This document shows positions 24,251 to 36,117 of a stretch of DNA of 64,000 bases, one piece after another. Source of the DNA: Macrostomum lignano (lineage: Eukaryota); NCBI GenBank assembly GCA_002269645.1, contig NIVC01000452.1, positions 248,001 to 312,000 on the forward strand, written 5' to 3'. The notes beneath the pieces are model-generated. The model did not search any database. It worked only from the letters and a program-made list of their open reading frames with translations, and was not told the origin of the DNA. The position numbers and the translations under genes were made by a program. Every line of letters begins with the position of its first letter. Position 1 is the first letter of the stretch.

Positions 24251-27200
24251 ATGTCGCTAGTGCAGTCGGTTCTGTCCGCCTGGCGTGGCACCAGCTTCGA
24301 GCAGGTGAAACAGGAGCTGGACGCCACAGCGGCCGACATCGCCAGCCAGCAGGACGCAGGCGACGCGGGCAGGAAGCGCCTAGTGGAACTCAGCCGTGAA
24401 TTCAAAGCCGGCACAGCGGCCGAGGTTCGCAAAGCCGTCGCTCCTCTGTTGAAAAGCTTCCAAGCCGAAGTTGACAGCCTGTCTAAGCGGGCCAAACAGG
24501 CTGAGGCCGCATTTTTAAGTGTCTATCAGAAACTGATCGACCTGCCGGACCCGGCGCCGGCATTTGACCACCTGGCTGGCATGCAGAAACGGGTGCAGCG
24601 GTGCAGCGACCTCGAGATTGAGAACAAACAGCTGCGCGATAGGCTGACCGAGTACAATGCCGAGTTTGCCGAGGTGGGTGCCGGCTGATGATAGTGGGGG
24701 ATTCTTATAGAGGGCTTCAAGGTGTTCTGGGTGTAGTTCGAGGCATTGAATATTCTTCAGGGTGTTCTGGGTATGCTTCAGACTGGGTGTCCTGGATATG
24801 CTTCAGACTGGGTGTCCCGGATATGCTTCAGACTGGGTGTCCCGGATATGCTTCAGACTGGGTGTCCTGGATATGCTTCAGACTGGGTGTCCTGGATATG
24901 CTTCAGGGTGGGTGTCCCGGATATGCTTCAGGGTGTCCTGGATATGCTTCAGGGTGTCCTGGATATGCTTCAGACTGGGTGTCCTGGATATGCTTCAGAC
25001 TGGGTGTCCTGGATATGCTTCAGGGTGTCCTGGATATGCTTCAGACTGGGTGTCCTGGATATGCTTCAGGGTGTCCTGGATATGCTTCAGACTGGGTGTC
25101 CTGGATATGCTTCAGACTGGGGTCCTGGATATGCTTCAGACTGGATGTCCTGGATATGCTTCAGACTGGGGTCCTGGATATGCTTCAGACTGGGTGTCCT
25201 GGATATGCTTCAGACTGGGGTCCTGGATATGCTTCAGACTGGGTGTCCTGGATATGCTTCAGACTGGGTGTCCTGGATATGCTTCAAACTGGGTGTCCTG
25301 GATATGCTTCAAACTGGGTGTCCTGGATATGCTTCAGACTGGGTGTCCTGGATATGCTTCAGACTAGGTGTCCTGGATATGCTTCAGACTGGGTGTCCTG
25401 GATATGCTTCAGGGTGTGCTGGATATGCTTCAGGGTGTGCTGGATATGCTTCAGGGTGTCCTGGATATGCTTCAGGGTGTCCTGGATATGCTTCAGACTG
25501 GGTGTCCTGGATATGCTTCAGACTGGGTGTCCTGGATATGCTTCAGACTGGGTGTCCTGGATATGCTTCAGACTGGGTGTCCTGGATATGCTTCAGACTG
25601 GGTGTCCTGGATATGCTTCAGACTAGGTGTCCTGGATATGCTTCAGACTGGGTGTCCTGGATATGCTTCAGACTGGGTGTCCTGGATATGCTTCAAACTG
25701 GGTGTCCTGGATATGCTTCAGACTGGGTGTCCTGGATATGCTTCAGACTAGGTGTCCTGGATATGCTTCAGGGTGGGTGTCCCGGATATGCTTCAGGGTG
25801 TCCTGGATATGCTTCAGGGTGTCCTGGATATGCTTCAGACTGGGTGTCCTGGATATGCTTCAGACTGGGTGTCCTGGATATGCTTCAGGGTTTCCTGGAT
25901 ATGCTTCAGACTGGGTGTCCTGGATATGCTTCAGACTGGGTGTCCTGGATATGCTTCAGGGTGTCCTGGATATGCTTCAGGGTGTCCTGGATATGCTTCA
26001 GACTGGGTGTCCTGGATATGCTTCAGACTGGGTGTCCTGGATATGCTTCAGACTGGGTGTCCTGGATATGCTTCAGGGTGTCCTGGATATGCTTCAGACT
26101 GGGTGTCCTGGATATGCTTCAGACTGGGTGTCCTGGATATGCTTCAGGGTGTCCTGGATATTACTGAGGTGCCACAGATATCAGATCCTAATTCCTTCCA
26201 TGTTTCGCCGAGCACAGGTACGCAACCAGGAGGTGACCGTCAAGCAGCTGCGGGAGCGTCTTCGCGAGCTGGAAGAATCCGTGGAATCTCGCGTGGCCAA
26301 CTGCGTACGGGATCGGGAGCGCCAGCTGGCGTTGGACTACGGCGAGAAGGCGAAACAGTTGAGCTCGGCACAGCTGGAGGCGGCGCAGCGGCTTGGCGAA
26401 GCGGAGCAGCGGGCCAACCAGCTGCAGTCGGCGCTTGACACGGCGAGGGCCGAAGCTGCCAGCCTGCGGCAGGCGCTTGACGATAGGTAATTATTTGCCA
26501 CGAGTCAGTTTTTAGTACCTCGGACTTAAGTTCCGATCGAACTTGGGACCCTCGATTCCCGATTCGAACTTGGGACCCTCAATTCCAGATTCGAACTTTT
26601 TGGGACCCTCGATTCCTGATTTAACCTTTTGGGTCCTTGATTTCTGATTCAAACTTGGGACCCTCCATTCCCGATTCGAACTTGGACCCTTGATTTGAAC
26701 TTAGGACCCTCAATTCCCGATTCGAACTTGGGACCCTTGATTCGAACTTAGGACCCTCAATTCCCGATTCGAACTTGGACCCTCGATTCCCGATTCGAAA
26801 TTGGGACTCTCGATTCCAGATTCGAACTTGGGACCCTCGATTCCCGATTCGAACTTGGGACTCTCGATTCCAGATTCGAACTTGGGACCCTCGATTCCCG
26901 ATTCGAACTTGGGACCCTCGATTCCCGATTCGAACTTGGGACTCTCAATTCCAGATTCGAACTTGGGACCCTCGATTCCCGATTCGAACTTGGGACTCTC
27001 GATTCCCGATTCGAACTTGGAACCCTCGATTCCCGATTCGAACTTGGGACCCTCGATTCCCGATTCGAACTTAGGACCTTCGATTCCCTTTTTACAATAT
27101 CCGATGCTTCGTGTGCCTTGAATATTCCTAATGCTCCAGATGTCTGAATATCGAATATTCTCGATGCTTCAGTTGCCTGAGCATTCCGGAGCCTCCGCCC

Positions 27201-30079
27201 GCCCTCCCCTTGCCAACAGGCAGTCGGCCCGCACAGACGAATTCGAACTGCTGGCCCAGGACGCCGAACGGGCCAACGAGCGGGCCGCCCAGCTGGAGAA
27301 AGAGCTGACTGCGGCCCGTCAGCGCCTGGCCAGCCAGCGGGCGTCGCCGAGCGGTGGAGCCTCGGAAGCCGCCGCTGCCGCTGCAGCCGATGAAGCCGGT
27401 CAACTGAGACGGGCGGAGCTGGAAGCCCAGCTGGCCAGTCGGGAGCGGGAGCTGGCACAGCTGGCCGATGACAACAGGTGAGACGAATGGGGATTCAGGA
27501 TGTGGGGATTGGGGAGCCTCCCATCGACAGTTTGATAGGAACTCGGGACCCTCGATTCCAGATTCGAACTCGGGAGTCTTGGGACCTTCGATCCAGATTC
27601 GAACTCGGGGCCCTCGATTCCAGATTCAAACTTGGGACCCTCGACTCCAGAGTCGAACTTTGGACCCTCGATTCCCGATTCGAACTTAAGACCCTCGATT
27701 CCAAAATCTTACTTGAGTCCCTCGATTCCAGATTCGAACTTGGGACCCTCGATTCCAGAATCGAACTCGGGACCCTCGATTCCAGATTCGAACTCGGAGT
27801 CTTGGGACCTTCGATCCAGATTCGAACTCGGGGCCCTCGATTCCAGATTCGAACTTGGGACCCTCGATTCCAGAATCGAACTTGGGACCGTCGATTCCAG
27901 AATCGAACTTGGGACCCTCGATTCCAGATTAGAACTCGGGACCCTCGATTCCAAAATCGAACCCGGGACCCTCGATTCTAGATTCGAACTTGGGACCCTT
28001 GATTTCAGAATCGAACTTGGAACCCTACATTCGAAACCCTAAACTTTACGCATCCGCAGGCGGCTGCAGCGAACGGCTGACGAGCTGCGCGAATCCCGAG
28101 CCCAGCAGACCGCCGCCCTGGAGACGCAGCTGGCCGAGACGGTCCGCCGGTTGGCCACCGCCGAGGAGCGCCTCCGCTACCAGAGCGACTACGACGAGAT
28201 TCGGCGCGAGCTGCGCGTCCTTCAGTCCGTGCAGTTTGCCGCCTCCGAGGAGGCTGACGATTCCGATGAGGTGGCCGCCTCGGCCAGCCTGGAGGAGCGC
28301 CTGCTGCGCCAGAACGGGACTCTGCAAAGCGAGGCCGCCGGCCTGCGGCTTCGAGCCGACCGCCTGCAAGCTGAAGTCAGCCGGCTCAGCGGCGAACTCG
28401 GCGAGGCGCGCGCCGACTGCACCAGACAGGCCAAGCTGGCCGAGCAGCTGGAGGAGGACCTGCGCCGGGTGAAATCATTCTCGTCGATGTTCCGCGGCGC
28501 TGCTGAGGTCAGTCTACTTGTCTACTCTACCCACCAGCCTACCCGCTTGCCTACTCTACCCGCCAGTCTACCCGTTTATCTACTCTACCCACCAGTCAAC
28601 CCTCTTGTCTACTCTACCCACCAGTCCACCCCCTTCTGCTCTACCCACTACTCTACCCGCTTGTCTACTCTACCCACCAGTCTACCCGCTTGTCTACTCT
28701 ACCCACCAGTCTACCCGCTTGTCTACTCTACCCACCAGTCCACCCCCTTGTCTGCTCTACCCACCACTCTACCCGCTTGTCTACTCTACCCGCCAGTCTA
28801 CCCGTTTATCTACTCTACCCACCAGTCAACCCTCTTGTCTACTCTACCCACCAGTCTACCCGCTTGTCTACTCTACCCACCAGTCAACCCTCTTGTCTAC
28901 TCTACCCACCAGTCCACCCCCTTGTCTGCTCTACCCACCACTCTACCCGCTTGTCTACTCTACCCACCAGTCTACCCGCTTGTCTACTCTACCCACCAGT
29001 CTACCCGCTTGTCTACTCTACCCACCAGTCTACCCGCTTGTCTACTCTACCCACCAGTCAACCCTCTTGTCTACTCTACCCACCAGTCCACCCCTTGTCT
29101 GCTCTACCCACCACTCTACCCGCTTGTCTACTCTACCCACCAGTCTACCCGCTTGTCTACTCTGCCCACCAGTCTACCCGCTTGTCTACTCTACCCACCA
29201 GTCTACTCTACCCCTAATTCTACCTACCCTAGTCCAGAATCTGCTGCTGTGCTCGATAATTCCATTCCCGACATCTGAGTTGTGATTCTTGCCTACTCTA
29301 CTGTAGATTATTCTGTAGAACCTACAAATTGCCTACTGCTTTACTGTCAGTTCTACTTATCCGCTAGCAGACACAATTTATTGAATTCCCAGGGCGAGGA
29401 AGGCTCCGGCGGTCAGGCTCAGCAGCAAAAGCAGCACCAGCAACAGCTGCAGGAGCAGCAACAGCAGCCCAGCTCAGAGGCGGAGGCTCTGGCCAGCGTG
29501 CTGTCAGGCGGCCAGCCGGACACTGCGCCGCAGGACGCCTCCCTATTGAGCATAGTGCAAAGCCAGCGAGAGCGGTACAGGGCTCGAGCCCAAGAGCTCG
29601 AGGTGGCCGCCGTGGCCCAGCAGCAGCAGCTGGGAGTGCTGCGCACCGAGCTGGACAAAGTCCGCTCCGACAACGTCAAGCTGTACGAGAAGATCCGCTT
29701 CCTGCAGTCCTACCAGGCGGGCGAGCAGCAGCATCAGCGCGAGCCTGAATCTGGCAGCGGCGGCGAGTTTAGCGGCTACTCGGAGGCCTACGAGACCCGA
29801 TTGGATCCGTTCGCCAAGTTCAGCCGTCGGGAACGGGAACGAAAGATTGCCGAACTGCGACCGCATGACAAGCTGACGCTGAGCATCGGCCGCCTGATTC
29901 TGGGCAGTCGGACTGCCCGGGCTGTGGCTTTCGGCTACACTGTCCTGCTGCACCTGCTAGTGTTCTTGGTGCTGTTCCGCATGGCCTACATGGAGACTGA
30001 CAGGCGGGATCTGTCAGCCGAATGTCAGCACAAGTTTCAGGAGCACATGCTCCGGGTGCACGGCCAGCATAACCACTGA
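24251..30079 (+). CDS. CUX1: Protein CASP (golgin; CUX1/CASP/COY1 family), ~694 aa, 5 exons
   Basis: Exons 24251-24673, 26218-26486, 27220-27477, 28060-28507 and 29393-30079 all have GT-AG sites and compatible phases (2085 nt). The N-terminus ELDATA...RKRLVELSREFK...VAPLLKSFQAEVDSLSKRAK.AEAAFL.VY.KLID.PDP matches CUX1/CASP. The C-terminus LLSIVQSQRERYR...DNVKLYEKIRFLQSY...LDPF...YTVLLHLLVF matches CASP_C and its TM. Confidence 0.93.
24765..26160. repeat. 25/21-bp minisatellite (ctgggtgtcctggatatgcttcaga) in CASP intron 1
   Basis: Direct tandem units. Confidence 0.96.
26540..27085. repeat. 27-bp minisatellite (ttcgaacttgggaccctcgattcccga) in CASP intron 2
   Basis: Direct tandem units. Confidence 0.94.
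27535..28040. repeat. 27-bp minisatellite (ttcgaact[tc]gggaccctcgattccaga) in CASP intron 3, same family as intron 2
   Basis: Direct tandem units in the same orientation as the intron 2 array. Confidence 0.92.
28510..29215. repeat. 29-bp pyrimidine-rich minisatellite (ctacccgcttgtctactctacccaccagt) in CASP intron 4
   Basis: Starts immediately after the donor gag|gtcagt at 28508. Confidence 0.93.
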
Positions 30080-30169
30080 CATTCCAGCACAGCTCGGCCT
30101 CTGTATATTGATAACATTGTTGCCTTAAAATTGTTTTTCTTTGTGAGTTTTAGCTAGGGAAAACTATAC

Positions 30170-31022
30170 GTGACTCTGGTCTGGTGGTCCCTGAGCTGTA
30201 GTCCGATAATCCCTGAGCTGTCCGATGGTCTCTGAGCTGTCCGATGGTCCCTGAGCTGTCCGATGGTCCCTGTGCTGTCCGATGGTCCCTGAGCTGTCTG
30301 ATGGTCCCTGAGCTGTCCGATGGTCCCTGTGCTGTCTGATGGTCCCTGAGCTGTCTGATGGTCCCTGAGCTGTCTGATGGTCCCTGAGCTGTCCGATGGT
30401 CCCTGAGCTGTCCGATGGTCCCTGAGCTGTCCGATGGTCTCTGAGCTGTCCGATGGTCCCTGAGCTGTCTGATGGTCCCTGAGCTGTCTGGTGGTCCCTG
30501 AGCTGTAGTCCGATAATCCCTGAGCTGTCCGATGGTCCCTGAGCTGTCCGATGGTCCCTGTGCTGTCCGATGGTCCCTGAGCTGTCCGATGGTCCCTGTG
30601 CTGTCCGATAGTCCCTGTGCTGTCCGATGGTCCCTGTCCTGTCCGATGGTCCCTGTGCTGTCCGATGGTCCCTGTCCTGTCCGATGGTCCCTGTGCTGTC
30701 CGATGGTCCCTGTGCTGTCCGATGATCCCTGTCCTGTCCGATGGTCCCTGAGCTGTCCGATGGTCCCTGTGCTGTCCGATGGTCCCTGTGCTGTCCGATG
30801 GTCCCTGTGCTGTCCGATGATCCCTGTCCTGTCCGATGGTCCCTGAGCTGTCCGATGGTCCCTGTGCTGTCCGATGATCCCTGTCCTGTCCGATGGTCCC
30901 TGAGCTGTCCGATGGTCCCTGTGCTGTCCGATGATCCCTGTCCTGTCCGATGGTCCCTGAGCTGTCCGATGGTCCCTGTGCTGTCCGATGATCCCTGTCC
31001 TGTCCGATGGTCCCTGAGCTGT
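30170..31022. repeat. 20-bp minisatellite (ctgagctgtccgatggtccc) downstream of CASP
   Basis: Direct tandem units. Confidence 0.95.
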
Positions 31023-31805
31023 ATTCTCAGGCTTATATGTATTCTAATGGTAGAAAGAATTAATAAATGGGTGGTGGCCGGTTTCAAATGAAATTTCATG
31101 AATAAATTTCGCATTAGGTAACTTCAATGCGCAGATTGTTTAAGATAACAATATTTTTGACTGTGCTTTCCACAAAGACTATATATTTTAGTAGTTACGG
31201 TCTGACAGTTTCGCTGCGTTATTTGAATCTGTATGGTAAATAAAGATCATCTGTACACCCCTGCTCCCTTCATTCACATGCAAGTTGTATGTTTCCCTGT
31301 TCATATTTCATACAGCGTATAATAATACATAAATGCCATTGCATCAAATTGTGTGTGCAGTTTGGCGCCAGTTTGTTGTTGGCCTTCAAAAATTGAATCA
31401 TGATCATGAGCGTTAAAATTGATCAAATTAAACTAAACTGAGACTGTTAGCTTGAGTTACTTTCCAAGTTTGGAGATTTGGCTGTATAAAAATGCCTGCA
31501 TCTGGTTTATTTATTATTACAGAAAGCATGTTCTCGAACAGGTTATCGATAATTATGATAAGTACTATGAGCGTATATTATAATTGATCAAACAGATTGC
31601 CCTATCATTGGGGAATATCGTTTTGTTACATCGGTTCTTATTTAGAACATTTAGGGTGGGTAGGGCGGATTGGGGGGTTCTGTAAAGACGGATTAGGGGG
31701 TTCTGTAGGGGCGCATTAGGAATATTATTACAGAAAACAAGATTTAGATTTTTGCTCTGAGCTCCATTAGCTACGCGTACACGTGGATAACCAGTTTCTA
31801 GATAG

Positions 31806-34430
31806 CTAGTACAGCTGGTGCTGCTCAAACAGCAGTGCTTTTTCATCGAACGGGCCAATTGAGGAGACGCCAGCAGCAGCGACTGCGGCATCAGCGGCGG
31901 CGGCCTCATCCGGATAGGCAGCAAACTGTACGGCTCCGCGACAGTCCGCGCAGCAACTGACGGGTGCGCCAGACACTGCTGCGGAGGCGGCCGTCTCGGT
32001 AACACCGACAGCTTCGCCGGCAGCAGTTGACGAATCTGCTGGCGGTCGCCGCTCCAACACGCCGTGGCAACGGCGACTGCGGACCACCTGCAGGCAGCCG
32101 CGATCGGCGTCCAGACTCACCTGCATAATTTCAGTGTGTGTACATAATCAATGTCAATTTTTTCTACTTTGAGTAGACAAAGCAAATTACAAATATTTTT
32201 AACATAGTTTAGTCTGTTTAAATTATTTCTCAAATTTGCGTTGGTAGCTAGCATCCACTTGGTCACTTATTGCGAGTATGGTCACTCGATGAATATGAAA
32301 ATGTCTTCAAAATTATTCATCCTAAACAACCGGAAGCAAATCTACGGTTCGAAGCACTGATAGCACATAAGGATGTCCCGTTTCAAACAATTGACGAACT
32401 GCCAGTCGCTTTCTCTGACAGTGAGGTTACGAAAAAGCTCACATGTGATCGAGCAGAAAATGCTTTATCTACGAGGAATTGAGATTTCAGTTAATGGCCA
32501 TAGACACGAGCGTCTATGGCCATATACTGAGCTGCACTCGTATATTCCTATAATACTAACAATAATTGATTACACCTGCTATTACATCTGAAGGCTGCGT
32601 ACGGCTGTTCAGTCCAAGGACTAGGGGGGGGGGGGGTCGCCACACACACCCTCAATTACCCCAGCTAATGTGGCACCCATTTTACAGCTGGGACAAAAAA
32701 GGACAGAAAACTGTTCCGAGTAGGTCTAGAATCGAGCCCCAGACCTCTCAGTCGTAAGTCAGACGCTCAAACTACTAGACTACAATCTTTATCTTATTAT
32801 TATACAAGTTATCATGGGATGTACTAGTAGAGTATGTCAAGTTTTTCTGCTGGCACAAGCTACGGTAGCTCATTTGACTAACCTGCAGTCTGGGCAGCAG
32901 AGACGCCGGTAGCTGAGCCAGAAAAGCCACTGTCTCCTGCAGCTGGCCAGCGAACAGGCCCGGACAGGGCGACAGTCGGCGCAGCCGGTCGAGCAGCGAA
33001 GTCAAAGCCAAGCAGGCGTGCCTGTCTGCCGGCAGGCGGCCGGTCTCCAGGATCTGATCGCCGCACTGGGCAGTGTAGGACCGGACGCCGTCGCTGTTGC
33101 TAGTTGTGGTGCTGCTAGAGTCCAAGATCAAGCAGCGGCTGGTGTCCTGAACAGCTAGGCACAGGACTACTTGGCCTGCGGCAAGGTAGACGGGAACAAT
33201 AGTAATCGTGTGCTATAATAGTATTATGCATCATCATTTATGGATGATGACAAATTGTTTTCATCCCTAATTGGTTGTAGCCTAGTCGTGGTTAAGAGCA
33301 TCGGACTCACTACTGGAGGGTCGGGGGTTCGATTCTCGACCGAGTCGGAACAATTAGTGTCCTTGAGCAAGACTCTTAACTCAGCATTGCTGAGCTGTCG
33401 GTTGCACATCTGCCCATTATTGATTAGTATTCCATCGCTAGTAGTAGTACTATTAGTAGCAATAAAAGCCTTAAAAACCCAGTCGCGGCCGCACCTCGCT
33501 GAGCAGTCTTGGACACCTGCCAGGGCGCCAGGTCGCGCAGGGCCATCCGGCAGCCGCAGACGGTGACGCAGTCGGCCGTTGAGCCCATCGAACGGCAGAG
33601 TCCGTGCGGCAGCGACCGCGGCTTGGCCGAGGAGGCGCAGCGGCTGGCGGCCAGCCGTCGGGATTCGGTCAAGAAGCAGGCGCGGCAGGCGAACGGCAGC
33701 AGCACCTGGGCCTCGGCCTCGGGCGGATCGGCCCAGCTGATCAGCGAGGCGGATTCTTCGGTCAGCAGGGCGCAGGTGACGCGGAACAGCTGCGGGTCGC
33801 TGCTCAAACGACCGCAGTGCTGGCTGCACTGAGTGACCCCGGTCACTCGGTACTGCTTGCCGCAGAGGGCGCAGGACTCGTTGCGGATCTGCAAGCCGCC
33901 GCTGCTCCTGCTGCAGTCTTTTGCTTCTAGGAGAGGCAAAAATAGAAAGGGGAGGGCAGAGGAAAAAACTTTAATTCGAAATAGTCTTACAACCATGGCA
34001 AATATTTTGCAATTCGTTAGACCACATCATTTTCATCCGGAATCCCATCCACTAGAAACCAAACCATATCCTAGCTATTCCGCCCATTCAAAACCCCCAA
34101 CAACCGAGGCTTACCAGCACTGGCGCCATCAGACGAGTGATCGGACAACAAAAATCTCCAATGCCTACTGCACAATTTAGCATTAGTAGCCAGCCAAGCA
34201 TTATCTGGAATAGCTGGCCGACACTTCAACTCAAGCAGCAGCCGCCGGTCCGCCGCAATGTCGCTGATCAACTCGCCGAGGCTGTGAGATCGTCGACCGC
34301 ACATGCGCGAGCATCCGGCAGCGATGCAGGGGAACCAGCGCTCCGGGCGTGCGGCTTCGTGAGGTCCTGCGGCCGCCTGCTGCTCATCTGGGGTGTCGCC
34401 TGCAGACTGCAATGGCGCGCGACTAACCAT
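31806..34430 (-). CDS. Uncharacterised Cys-rich protein (~451 aa, 4 exons) with an N-terminal THAP-like motif and a ZAD/zf-AD-like motif
   Basis: Exons 34430-34115, 33926-33495, 33175-32883 and 32120-31806 have GT-AG sites and phases 1,1,0 (1356 nt, open). CIAAGC-x46-CSRH fits C-x4-C-x35-50-C-x2-H. CALC...LLPFACRAC resembles zf-AD. The domain calls are tentative. Confidence 0.62.
32695..32780 (-). mobile_element. Degenerate tRNA-derived SINE head
   Basis: The reverse strand reads gtagtctagtagtttgagcg (A-box-like)...ggctcgattc (B-box-like)...tcggaac, similar to the copy at 33273. Confidence 0.5.
33273..33416 (+). mobile_element. tRNA-derived SINE with CORE-like central segment
   Basis: A box tagcctagtcgtggttaag and B box ggttcgattc, then gtgtccttgagcaagactcttaactc, resembling the MIR/CORE motif ccttgggcaagtcacttaac. 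The 3' end is shared with 17291. Confidence 0.65.
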
Positions 34431-34564
34431 AACCTCCTGCGCAGTGGTCTCATTGGCACAGTAAAATATATTTCAGTATCTGTGTGCTTCTGGGTACTCG
34501 AATGCCACCGAATATAATATGCAATTGTTAGTTTCTCCTCCATCAAACTCTTAACTTATCTATC

Positions 34565-34760
34565 ATCAACCCTCACCGATTATCAACACTCACTCATCAT
34601 CAACCCTCACTCATCATCAACCCTCACTCATCATCAACCCTCACTCATCATCAACCCCCACTCATCATCAACCCCCACTCATCATCAACCCCCACTCATC
34701 ATCAACCCTTACTCATCATCAACCCTCACTTATCATCAACCCTCACTCATCATCAACCCC
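34565..34760. repeat. 17-bp minisatellite (caaccctcactcatcat)
   Basis: Period of 17 (34601, 34618). Confidence 0.9.
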
Positions 34761-35189
34761 TCCGTTATCATTCTTGATTTGCCTTCGCACACAATAACCC
34801 CTAACGGAACAAAACAAAAAACAAATAAAGCAGCGCTAACACGAAAGTTTAACTGTGGAAAGCAGCACAAATGCGATAACTAAGACAATAATTTGTGCAG
34901 AACCAGCACTGTCCTTTATTTGACGAGAACTCTAATCACTGCAGAGCTTAAAGTACAAATCATTAATGATTGCTTTAAACGATAGTAGAATTTTAGGTCG
35001 CAAAATGAAGCATACAATCTTGTTCAAGAGGTTGGAAATCTTACAATTCTACTGAACCTACTACTAATAATAATATCTCAAGGCTCAATCACACCGCAAT
35101 TAAATAAGGCCCAATAAAGTGACATCACGCACGTTGTGCATTCATTGTGTTAAGGTGATGCCTGGTTTGATGGCAGCGTGATTTATGAG

Positions 35190-35812
35190 CCTTTGGCTCC
35201 CAATAGATCTAAACCGTACCAATCTATGGCTCCCAATAGATCTTAACCGTACCAATCTATGGCTCTCAATAGATCTTAACCGTACCAATCTATGGCTCCC
35301 AATAGATCTAAACCGTACCAATCTATGGCTCCCAATAGATCTAAACCGTACCAATCTATGGCTCCTAATAGATCCAAACCGTACTAATTTATGGTTCCCA
35401 ATAGATCTAAACCGTACCAATCTATGGCTCTCAATAGATCTTAACCGTACCAATCTATGGCTCCCAATAGATCTAAACCGTACCAATCTATGGCTCTCAA
35501 TAGATCTTAACCGTACCAATCTATGGCTCCCAAATCCCAATAGATCTAAACCAAACCAATCTATGGAATCCAATAGATCTAAACCAAACCAATCTATGGA
35601 ATCCAATAGGTCTAAACCAAACCAATCTATGGAATCCAATAGGTCTAAACCAAACCAATCTATGGAATCCAATAGATCTAAACCAAACCAATCTATGGAA
35701 TCCAATAGGTCTAAACAAACCAATCTATGGAATCCAATAGATCTAAACCAAACCAATCTATGGAATCCAATAGGTCTAAACCAAACCAATCTATGGAATC
35801 TAATAGATCTAA
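35190..35812. repeat. 33-bp minisatellite with two subtypes (atctaaaccgtaccaatctatggctcccaatag; atggaatccaatagatctaaaccaaaccaatct)
   Basis: Direct tandem units with 11-aa periodic pseudo-ORFs. Confidence 0.93.
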
Positions 35813-35946
35813 AAGCCAGAAAAGCAATAGGATAGATAGAAAATCCTATAATTTGTGTACCAAAATAGATCAGGCATCTTACAAGTTAGCAAAGGGGCAA
35901 TTTTTTAAAGCAACACACTAGAATGAAAACAAATCAACTATAAGCT

Positions 35947-36117
35947 TCAATTATTCGGGCCAACAGTTTTCTGAAACTGTTTGATCTCCCGCCAAGTTTC
36001 AGTCAGCACCGCAAATGTCAACGGGCCGTATACGACGAACACGCTAAATGTAACTGCGCTGCCAATAACGTAAGCGCGAGGGTAGCGCAAAAATGCGGAC
36101 AATGCGCGCGATTTCAT
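35947..36117 (-). CDS. Possible 56-aa single-TM microprotein (MKSRALSAFLRYPRAYVIGSAVTFSVFVVYGPLTFAVLTETWREIKQFQKTVGPNN)
   Basis: GC-richer island with a basic N-terminus and one hydrophobic segment. A possible acceptor (ttcaatttccag|) lies upstream. No homology recognised. Confidence 0.35.
   Translation of the reverse strand: MKSRALSAFLRYPRAYVIGSAVTFSVFVVYGPLTFAVLTETWREIKQFQKTVGPNN

Noticed and set aside
33273-33345. Functional tRNA gene
   Set aside because: It has A/B boxes but no proper acceptor stem or cloverleaf and continues into a CORE-like body, so it is a SINE head.
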